Notes under the pieces: generated by a model
What the model saw: only the letters and a program-made list of their open reading frames with translations
Told to the model about the DNA's origin: nothing
Databases searched by the model: none
Made by a program: the position numbers and the translations under genes
Shown: one piece after another, positions 7,555 through 14,252 of the stretch
Layout: the number at the start of each line of letters is the position of its first letter
Numbering within the stretch: the first letter of the stretch is position 1
Source of the DNA: Candidatus Sigynarchaeum calidifontis
GTDB taxonomy: Archaea > Asgardarchaeota > Lokiarchaeia > Sigyniarchaeales > Sigyniarchaeaceae
NCBI GenBank assembly: GCA_030587475.2
Contig: JAUQYZ020000162.1
Span: 1 to 14,252 of the forward strand
Direction of reading: 5' to 3'
Length of the DNA: 14,252 nucleotides

Positions 7555-7956
7555 TGGCCAAATAATGAATCGGGAAAGAAAGAAACAACCCTTGCTGAAA
7601 CTTTTAAACTGCAAGTGGCCATCTTCGATGGCCAAAGATAGATTTATCATGTCATTTTTTCCCCCCGGTACCGAGAAGTAAGCAATTTTTCATATTTTCC
7701 GATAAGCTTGCAAGAATGGCATATTACAGTTGCCAGGAGGCGTTTATCCTCCACGACGTGAAGGAAAGCGGATCGCGGCCATCGTATCCTCGCACGTGTT
7801 GGGTGTATTCCAAGTTTATTCTGTAGGCTCGCGGGTGTCCGGGACCTAATCTATCGTTCGTGGTTGAGTGCATGCGCAGGCTTCACGCAACTCGCAAGGA
7901 TCGGCCCAGTTTTAATGAATGGATCGACGACGATCGAATGGCATCGCGTCGTGCCA
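7544..7956. repeat. Four related 17-19 bp inverted repeats with TGGC...GCCA arms
   Basis: TGGCCATgtaATGGCCA at 7544-7560, TGGCCATCttcGATGGCCA at 7616-7634, TGGCAtattacagtTGCCA at 7717-7735 and TGGCAtcgcgtcgTGCCA at 7939-7956. Confidence 0.5.
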
Positions 7957-8088
7957 CAAGGAAAAAAAGGCTCGGTGTAATGCTGGCTCGCTGCAGCGGC
8001 GATTCGTGTATATACGGGATCGTGTTCGGTCGTTCATCAGTATTCGGCCGGATATTCATATTTTAACTCAAGACAAAGCCATGAAGGC

Positions 8089-8110
8089 AAAAGAAAAAGA
8101 GCTTAAAAAA
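8089..8110 (-). terminator. Putative oligo-T archaeal terminator of the giant membrane-protein gene
   Basis: The minus strand reads TTTTTTAAGCTCTTTTTCTTTT, starting ~29 nt after the TAG stop. Confidence 0.5.
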
Positions 8111-8138
8111 GGGGAATCGACAGAACCATCAAGATGTG

Positions 8139-11100
8139 CTATTTCTTTCCTTTCTTCTTGTCTTTCTTGTCCTCGGCCTCAGTACCGGGTAACGAGAAGC
8201 CTAACGGCCTGCTAGGCGGTTTTGCGGGCTCTTTCGGTGCTGCAGGCGTAAACTCGCCAGGCGCCCCGATCTGCTCCTTCAGCGCGAAGAGGGAGGCAGC
8301 TGCACTCGTCGGTTGCTGGCCGGGCTGTACTTGCGGGGACGGGGGAGCGGGCTTCTGGACCGGGGGCACCGCAGGCGGTGAAATCTGGCCAGAAGGTGGT
8401 AACGATGGCTTTATTGGTGCAGGGCCAACGGGCTTTACCGGTTTCTGAGGCGGAACTGCGCCATGACCAGGTGGCGGCGCCTTCGGGCCGGTCGCGGACG
8501 TGGCACCCTCGTCCGCAGCTGGTTTTCCAGGCAGTGCCGCTGGCTTCGCGCCCTCCGGTTGTACCTTGGTCAAGCCGAAGATCAGACGTACCATCTTCTC
8601 GACATCCTTGAAGATACGAACGTTCCCCTTCCAGTCCTTCAAGGCCTCTTCGTACGTGCGCATGAAGTGCTTGATGAACTGGGAGATCTTGAACGACAAG
8701 ATCTTCGATGTCTGGCCGGTGATCAGCACGGCGAATTTGCACGGGCCGCTGGACTCCATCAAGATGCGATACTCCTTGTAGACGAGCTCCTTGAGGTCCG
8801 ATGCCTTTTTCGCTGTCGTGGCTGCAGCGCCGGCCTTTTTCTTCGCTGTCGCGTCCTCGAACTGGCCACCGAACGACGTGATGGCCGACAAGAAGCCCGA
8901 GATCAATTGCGGATCGATCTTGGTCTCCGTGAACGAGTGGTAATACAAGCACACGCCGCTTTCCTCGTGGAAGATGAACAAGTGGCTGAGCTTGTTCATG
9001 GCATCTGCCAGTGTCTCCTCCTCGGCGAGCTTGTAGCCGCAATAGGGGCACGTGGAAGCATAGGGCTTCACGTACTTGCCACATTGCTTGCAAGTCTTCT
9101 TCTTGCCAGGCACGATTTGCTCCTTTATTTTCTTTGGCCGCGTTGCCATCATTCCGAGAAGGACGACACCCGCGATTCCACAGACAAGCAAGAACGCCGT
9201 GAAGAAGTTGGGCTTTCGAATGGCTATGATGTGAACCTCGATATCGTGGGTACCCGAAGTGCCGGATATCGCCCTGTTTGAATTGTTTTCCCTGCCGCTC
9301 CACGTCACGCTTCCTGTCACGTTCTGGGTGGTTCCCACGTCGGAAATGGTCACGACTAGATCGATATAACTAGCATTGTTCGCACCAACGACCAACGCAC
9401 CAGTCCAGGTTCCTCTTGCATAGGAATATCCCTCGAAAACGAGGTTCACGGTCATTATGGTTGCATCAAGGCCACCCGTGTTCTGGAACCAGATCCGAAC
9501 CGTGAACGTCTCGCCCGCGGTGAAAGTTGCATTTTTATTAGGCGAGATGATCGTCATGTTCGCGATGAACACGAAGGCGGGCGGGGGGATCGTGATAAAC
9601 CTAAAAATTCCCGATGGACCGCCTAGTTGCCGGCCAGAGATTTCCTCCGTCCCCGTGAAATTCGCGGTGAGGGCGAGCGTCACATTGTTGTTGGAAACAT
9701 AAACCGTGAAGATGATGTACCGCGTGGTACCGCCGTTAACGGTTATCGCCGAGGGTGACGACCAGGTCAGATAGCCGGGAATGCTGGGCAATAAAAGACA
9801 CGATATTGCCATGCCTTTCGCTCCACCCGTGTTCGTGATCGAGATATTCACGGTGAACGATGCACCAACGAAGAATCCGTTCGGCGCGGAGATCGTGATG
9901 TTGGTTATCGACACGTTGGCCCGTGCAAGTATCCTGATGGGCAAGGATATCCCCCCGGACCCACCACCCAGCGCCCGCAGCGAATATTGCTCCACCGCGG
10001 CCCAGGACGCGTTCACGCTATCCAGCGTGGCAAGCGCGCTGTCCAGCACGGTAATCTCGAAGTCTTGTGTCCCGGTGCTTCCAGCAAGAACGGTAATCAA
10101 GCCGGTTGCATTCCACGTGTAAATACTACTGCTCCCGAAGTGAAGCGTGGTGGTCAAATTGATGGCGGCCGTTCCACCCGTGTTTCGATACGTCACCCGG
10201 ATTCTAAACGACATGCCGGCCACGTATGTCCCGTTTCCGGTCAGGTAGGTGATGCTCAGGATCGAAACACTCGCCCGGGTTTGCGTGGTTATGCTGATCG
10301 GGGCTGAATTCATTGACCGCGGAAGGGGGTTGTTGTAGGAGAACGTGGCACGGAAGCTCACCACGCCCAAGGTGGCATTGCCCGCGATGATGACCAAGAA
10401 GTCCCTGGAGATTGCACTGCCATTGATGATGACAAGGCCTGTGTACCCTCCCACGATCGAGTATCCGGGGATGTTGCCGATGCATACCAACGAGAGAATG
10501 CCGTCCGTCACGTTGGTCGTTCCTAGCACGTTGTCGATGGTTACCCGCACCGTGAACTCGTCGCCTTGCACGTAATTCGTGCGTCCATCAAGGATGGAGA
10601 GCGTCATCACGAGCGGCATGATACCTACTGTAAGAACACAGGATGCCGTGTACGTGGGGGTGCGCGCGGCGCCTGAAATCGCCTCGATCCCGGCGAAGTT
10701 ACCGCTGATCAAGATCTTGGTATTGTTGGGAGTTGCCGCGGCGATATAGAACCGTATTTGCACGATGATAAAGCCCCCAGCGGGCACGGTAAGACCCGTC
10801 GTCGGGGTAATTGCGGTAATGCCAGTTGCATAAGTTGAATTCACGAAAATGCTCGCGTTACCTGCAATGACAGAGGTTCCACCGAGGTTATTTATCTGGA
10901 TCGTTGTCGTGACCCACAAGGCCGGCCGGGACTTGTTCTGTGGTGCATCTATGGTCACTGGCCGTATGGTTATTTGCGCCCTAGACTGGATTGCGACGTT
11001 AAGGAATACTGCACCCGAGCTCCCACTGAACGAACGGGAGGAGATTTCCTCTACGCCGGCGAACGTCGCGTTGATGGTTAATGGATTCCGTGTCGGCGCG

Positions 11101-14100
11101 TTAGTAGCGACCGTAATCAAGAAATTGATGTACCTTGTCTCACCAGCTGGGAGCACGATGGAAGCGGAAGTATTGCTCGAGACGTACGATGCATAGCTGC
11201 CGAAGTTCAAGGCGACAGTGAGCGTGTTCGCGGTGGCACCGCCCGTGTTTTGCAATGCCACGCGCATGGTAAAGGTCATACCACCGACGTACGTGCCATT
11301 TCCTGAAGTGTGGGTCATACTGGTAATCGACACCGACGCTCGGGCTTTTATCTGGACATTGAGGTTGTTCGTTCCTGAATCGCCACTTATCGGTCGGTTC
11401 GAGATCCTCTCGCTCCCTGTCCACGTTGCGGATATCGTGACAGCAGCCGTTGTCGCGCTGGTGCTGACCAACACGTCGAAATTCTGGTAATATATGGTGC
11501 CGCCAATCGGAACACTGATTGCCGGGGGAGTGCTCACGACGGACAGGAACGGGTAGCCGCCAAACGACAAGACGGCCATCATATCGTTGGCCGTCACACC
11601 ACCAATATTGGAATATGCCACGCTGACAGTGAAGGTCATACCGCCGATATACGTCCCGATCCCTGTTAAGAAATTGATACCAACGATCGATGGTGCAGCA
11701 CGTGCTTTGATAATCGCAGCAGCAACTATCCCGATTTGATCTACCTTGCCATTAAAAGGGCGGAAGGATATAGCCTCTTGCCCTGTCCAAGATGCTCCGA
11801 TGTAAACAAAACTATTGGTGGCAGTGGAAGAGATATACACTAGAAAATCTATATAACTACTGTTCTGTCCAGCAGCTATCGTTACCGGGGCCGATGCATT
11901 CGTCGTAAGGAAACTATTTCCGAAGAAATTAAGATACACGGTAAAGTTGATCGCATCTGTACCACCAAACCGGTTTGTGAATTCGACACGCATCGTGAAA
12001 TTCATACCAGCAACGTACTCTGGCGTACTTCCACCGTATAAGTCAAAGATTTTCACGAACTGCACCAATGTTTGGGATTGTATATTCACGTTCAAGGTAT
12101 TTGAACCGGAATTACCATTCAAGGCTCGCATGGAGATCGCTTCTGTACCAGTCCACGTGGCACTAATCGTTACAAGTGCGCTCGTGGCTAGGGCGGCCAC
12201 CGAGATCTGGAAGTCGAGGTATCCCGTGGCACCGGCGGCGATTGAAATCGTGTTCGATGCATTCGTCGATAACGATCCATATCCACCGAACCCGAGCGTT
12301 GCTGTGATGCTTGTAGCCAACGTGCCACCGTTGTTCCTGAATGAAACTCGCACGTCGAAAGTCATGCCACCAACATACGTTCCGCTACCGGTTAGATAAT
12401 TGATGCTCGTTATGGTCACACTAGCTTGCGATTGGATATTCACGAGCCGGGTATTGCCACCCGCATCTCCGCTTATGGCGCGAAGCGAGATGGCCTCGGT
12501 GCCAGTCCACGTGGCGTTGATAACAACCGCTGCGGTCATTGCATTTGTGGCCACCGTTATCAAGAAATCAATGGATCTCGTGGCTCCCGCGCTTATCCCG
12601 ATACTACTCGAGGCGTTTGACGAGAGAGAAACATAACTACCATAGGTCAAGGTCGCGGAAACGCCATTTGCGGATGTACCACCCGTGTTCGAGAAGGTAA
12701 CACGAACCACGAAGGTCATTCCACCGACGTACGTGCCCGTTCCTGTCCGGTAGGTGATGCCCGTGATGGCCACGATGGCTCGTTGCTGGATGGCAATGTT
12801 GAGGCCGGTACCCGAAACCCCACTCAACGGCCGGAGCGATATCTCCTCTGTCCCGGTAAAGGACGCGGTAATTATCACGGGATTTTGACTCGTCGCGCTA
12901 GTTGCAGCGGTAACCAGCAAATCGATGCTCGCGGTTCCACTCACTGTCTTTGACGCTGACGCGTTGGTCGACAAGCCAGAATAGCCGCCGAACGAAAGCG
13001 AAACAGTGACGCCTTCTGCTTTTGCTGAAGTCGCGGGGTTCGCCAACGTGATGCGGACCACAAAGGTCATGCCACCTACATACGTGCCATTACCGGTTTG
13101 CCACGAGAGGCCCTGGACCGTCAACGTCGCTTGTGCCTTGATTCTCACGTTCAGCGGACTTCCCGATGTAGCGCTCAATGCCCGTAGAGAGATTTCCTCC
13201 GTGCCCGTCGCTGATGCACTTATCGAAACAGGGTTTTGACTCGCCGCACCCGCGGCGATCGTCACGAGCAGGTCGATGTATCCCGTGCCACTGATTGTCT
13301 TCGATGCAGAGGCGTTGGTCGACAAGCCAGAATAACCCCCGTACGAGAGTGAAACGGTAACGCCTTGTGCCGCCGCGGCCGTCGCGGGATTCGCCAAGGT
13401 GACTCGGACCACGAATGTCGTGCCCGCCACGTACGTGCCATTACCAGTTTGCCATGAAAGACTCTGGATCGTTAACGAGGCTCGTGCTTTGATCTCCACG
13501 TTCAATGGGGTTGATGCAGCATTCAACGAACGTAAGGATATTTCCTCAATACCCGTAGCTGAAGCAATTATCGAAACGGGGTTCTGGCTCGTCACCATCG
13601 TGGCGATCGTCACGAGCAAGTCGATGTAGCCCGTACCGCTGATCGTCTTCGATGCCGACACGTTGGTCGACAATCCAGAATAGCCGCCATACGAGAGGGA
13701 GACGGTAACGCCTTGTGCTTTCGCGAGGATCGCGGGATTCGCTAACGTGATCCGGACAACGAATTTCATACCACCAACATAGGAGCCAGTGCCATTCGTC
13801 CACGTGAAACTCTGGATCGACAATGCCGCTTGCGCCTTGATGTTCACGTTCAACGCGCTGCTCGGCCCTGCGTTCAGCACGCGGGTCGAGATTTCCTCTC
13901 TGCCATTCACGGTTGCCGTGATACTGACGGTCTGAGTTGCCACAGCCGTGGAAATGGTCACCAGGAAATCGATGTAATTGCTGCCACTGACCGTCCTCGT
14001 CGCCGACCCGTTCGTGGAAAGGCCAGATGCACCGCCGAAATTCAATGTTGCATTGACCGAGACCGCCCTCGCCGACGTCACTGGGTTGTTCAACGACACC

Positions 14101-14252
14101 CGCACCACGAATGTCATGCCCGCAACGTACGTGCCGTTGCCCGTGCGGAACGTGGGAGCTCCCGTGATCGTCAAGTTTGCTTGCGCCTTGATGTTGATGC
14201 TCAACGCGCCACTCGGGCCCGCGCTCAACGGGCGCGCCGTGATCTCCTCGCT
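8139..14252 (-). CDS. Giant single-pass cell-surface glycoprotein/receptor-like protein: tandem Ig/CARDB-like repeats - TM - zinc ribbon - longin domain - Pro-rich tail (5'-truncated, >2037 aa)
   Basis: The frame is open to the window edge (SEEITARP precedes the track's TTG 'start' and matches the repeat motif EEISxRxL), so the true start is outside the window. It has a T/S/G/N/V-rich beta-repeat ectodomain with many N-x-S/T sequons. This is followed by TM FFTAFLLVCGIAGVVLLGMMA with RPKKIK after it, CKQC...CPYC, a longin-type domain and a Pro-rich tail. Confidence 0.93.
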   Translation of the reverse strand, partial: SEEITARPLSAGPSGALSINIKAQANLTITGAPTFRTGNGTYVAGMTFVVRVSLNNPVTSARAVSVNATLNFGGASGLSTNGSATRTVSGSNYIDFLVTISTAVATQTVSITATVNGREEISTRVLNAGPSSALNVNIKAQAALSIQSFTWTNGTGSYVGGMKFVVRITLANPAILAKAQGVTVSLSYGGYSGLSTNVSASKTISGTGYIDLLVTIATMVTSQNPVSIIASATGIEEISLRSLNAASTPLNVEIKARASLTIQSLSWQTGNGTYVAGTTFVVRVTLANPATAAAAQGVTVSLSYGGYSGLSTNASASKTISGTGYIDLLVTIAAGAASQNPVSISASATGTEEISLRALSATSGSPLNVRIKAQATLTVQGLSWQTGNGTYVGGMTFVVRITLANPATSAKAEGVTVSLSFGGYSGLSTNASASKTVSGTASIDLLVTAATSATSQNPVIITASFTGTEEISLRPLSGVSGTGLNIAIQQRAIVAITGITYRTGTGTYVGGMTFVVRVTFSNTGGTSANGVSATLTYGSYVSLSSNASSSIGISAGATRSIDFLITVATNAMTAAVVINATWTGTEAISLRAISGDAGGNTRLVNIQSQASVTITSINYLTGSGTYVGGMTFDVRVSFRNNGGTLATSITATLGFGGYGSLSTNASNTISIAAGATGYLDFQISVAALATSALVTISATWTGTEAISMRALNGNSGSNTLNVNIQSQTLVQFVKIFDLYGGSTPEYVAGMNFTMRVEFTNRFGGTDAINFTVYLNFFGNSFLTTNASAPVTIAAGQNSSYIDFLVYISSTATNSFVYIGASWTGQEAISFRPFNGKVDQIGIVAAAIIKARAAPSIVGINFLTGIGTYIGGMTFTVSVAYSNIGGVTANDMMAVLSFGGYPFLSVVSTPPAISVPIGGTIYYQNFDVLVSTSATTAAVTISATWTGSERISNRPISGDSGTNNLNVQIKARASVSITSMTHTSGNGTYVGGMTFTMRVALQNTGGATANTLTVALNFGSYASYVSSNTSASIVLPAGETRYINFLITVATNAPTRNPLTINATFAGVEEISSRSFSGSSGAVFLNVAIQSRAQITIRPVTIDAPQNKSRPALWVTTTIQINNLGGTSVIAGNASIFVNSTYATGITAITPTTGLTVPAGGFIIVQIRFYIAAATPNNTKILISGNFAGIEAISGAARTPTYTASCVLTVGIMPLVMTLSILDGRTNYVQGDEFTVRVTIDNVLGTTNVTDGILSLVCIGNIPGYSIVGGYTGLVIINGSAISRDFLVIIAGNATLGVVSFRATFSYNNPLPRSMNSAPISITTQTRASVSILSITYLTGNGTYVAGMSFRIRVTYRNTGGTAAINLTTTLHFGSSSIYTWNATGLITVLAGSTGTQDFEITVLDSALATLDSVNASWAAVEQYSLRALGGGSGGISLPIRILARANVSITNITISAPNGFFVGASFTVNISITNTGGAKGMAISCLLLPSIPGYLTWSSPSAITVNGGTTRYIIFTVYVSNNNVTLALTANFTGTEEISGRQLGGPSGIFRFITIPPPAFVFIANMTIISPNKNATFTAGETFTVRIWFQNTGGLDATIMTVNLVFEGYSYARGTWTGALVVGANNASYIDLVVTISDVGTTQNVTGSVTWSGRENNSNRAISGTSGTHDIEVHIIAIRKPNFFTAFLLVCGIAGVVLLGMMATRPKKIKEQIVPGKKKTCKQCGKYVKPYASTCPYCGYKLAEEETLADAMNKLSHLFIFHEESGVCLYYHSFTETKIDPQLISGFLSAITSFGGQFEDATAKKKAGAAATTAKKASDLKELVYKEYRILMESSGPCKFAVLITGQTSKILSFKISQFIKHFMRTYEEALKDWKGNVRIFKDVEKMVRLIFGLTKVQPEGAKPAALPGKPAADEGATSATGPKAPPPGHGAVPPQKPVKPVGPAPIKPSLPPSGQISPPAVPPVQKPAPPSPQVQPGQQPTSAAASLFALKEQIGAPGEFTPAAPKEPAKPPSRPLGFSLPGTEAEDKKDKKKGKK
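8571..8993 (-). other. Longin-like domain (Asgard type)
   Basis: A beta-beta-alpha-beta-beta-beta-alpha-alpha pattern is visible: LSHLFIFHEESGVCLYYHSF / IDPQLISGFLSAITSFG / LKELVYKEYRILMESSGPCKFAVLI / LSFKISQFIKHFMRTY..LKDWKGNVRIFKDVEKMVRLIF. This was recognised by eye, not by an HMM search. Confidence 0.75.
9039..9092 (-). other. C4 zinc ribbon (CKQC-x10-CPYC), juxtamembrane and cytoplasmic
   Basis: CKQCGKYVKPYASTCPYCG fits the CxxCG...CPxCG zinc-ribbon pattern. Confidence 0.85.
9144..9206 (-). other. Single transmembrane helix of the giant protein
   Basis: 21 uncharged residues FFTAFLLVCGIAGVVLLGMMA are followed by TRPKKIK...GKKK. The positive-inside rule places the C-terminus in the cytoplasm. 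Confidence 0.85.
9225..14252 (-). repeat. Array of at least 14 tandem ~115-125 aa beta-sandwich (Ig/CARDB-like) repeats
   Basis: The recurring unit is GxGTYV[AG]GMTFxVRV..N(TGG/P)...[YF]GGY..L..NAS...ID[FL]L[VI]T[VI]...I.A[TS]..G.EEIS.R.L....LNV.I..[QR]A. At DNA level, cgttggtcgacaa starts at 12962, 13313 and 13661 (spacings 351 and 348 bp). Confidence 0.9.

Noticed and set aside
7544-7956. CRISPR array or replication origin in the intergenic gap
   Set aside because: The repeats are non-identical and irregularly spaced, and there are no cas genes. There is no ORB-like TCCA..GAAAC plus G-string unit and no cdc6/orc1 gene in the window.
7700-8130. tRNA, SRP RNA or RNase P RNA
   Set aside because: No T-loop GTTCRA cloverleaf, no SRP helix-8 motif and no GAGGAAAGTCC-type RNase P signature were found by eye.
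8142-8160. COPI-type KKxx/KxKxx retrieval signal at the C-terminus of the giant protein
   Set aside because: The protein ends KKKGKK, with Gly at position -3 where the motif requires Lys. It is treated only as a polybasic end.
7860-8215. 68-aa and 98-aa plus-strand ORFs in the gap
   Set aside because: They lack an SD or recognisable domain, have atypical R/C/S-rich composition, and one runs into the end of the giant gene.
8212-9303. 363-aa alternative-frame ORF on the minus strand, and the 272-aa plus-strand ORF at 8463-9281
   Set aside because: Both are fully nested in the giant gene, have R/G/H-rich composition without motifs, and are typical shadows of GC-rich codon usage.
14226-14228. 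TTG start assigned to the 2029-aa ORF
   Set aside because: The frame stays open to 14252 and encodes SEEITARP, part of the repeat motif. There is no signal peptide, so the true start lies outside the window.
11700-14252. Diversity-generating retroelement template/variable repeat pair
   Set aside because: The repeats are in-frame tandem domains with no evident adenine-specific mismatch pattern, and no reverse transcriptase is present in the window.

Overview
Archaeal genomic DNA of roughly 50% GC, most likely from an Asgard archaeon of Lokiarchaeia type. This is inferred from an Asgard-type longin domain, an archaeal NOG1-like GTPase, an MJ1487-family radical SAM enzyme and TATA/BRE-type promoters. 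There are eight protein-coding genes. (1) A long coiled-coil protein on the minus strand that runs off the left edge and is missing from the ORF track. (2) A NOG1-family GTPase, probably co-transcribed with (3) a B12-binding radical SAM enzyme. (4) A stand-alone CBS-pair protein. (5) An acidic helical hypothetical protein with three divergent internal repeats. (6) A TIM-barrel sugar phosphate isomerase/epimerase. (7) A six-repeat TPR protein. (8) A giant (>2037 aa, N-terminus outside the window) single-pass membrane protein. Gene 8 has at least 14 tandem ~117-aa Ig/CARDB-like extracellular repeats, one TM helix, and a cytoplasmic C4 zinc ribbon, longin domain, Pro-rich tail and polybasic end. 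This receptor-like architecture is the most interesting object in the window. The 584-bp gap between the converging TPR and giant genes is rich in palindromes and has an orphan promoter-like element. No rRNA, tRNA, CRISPR array or transposase was seen.
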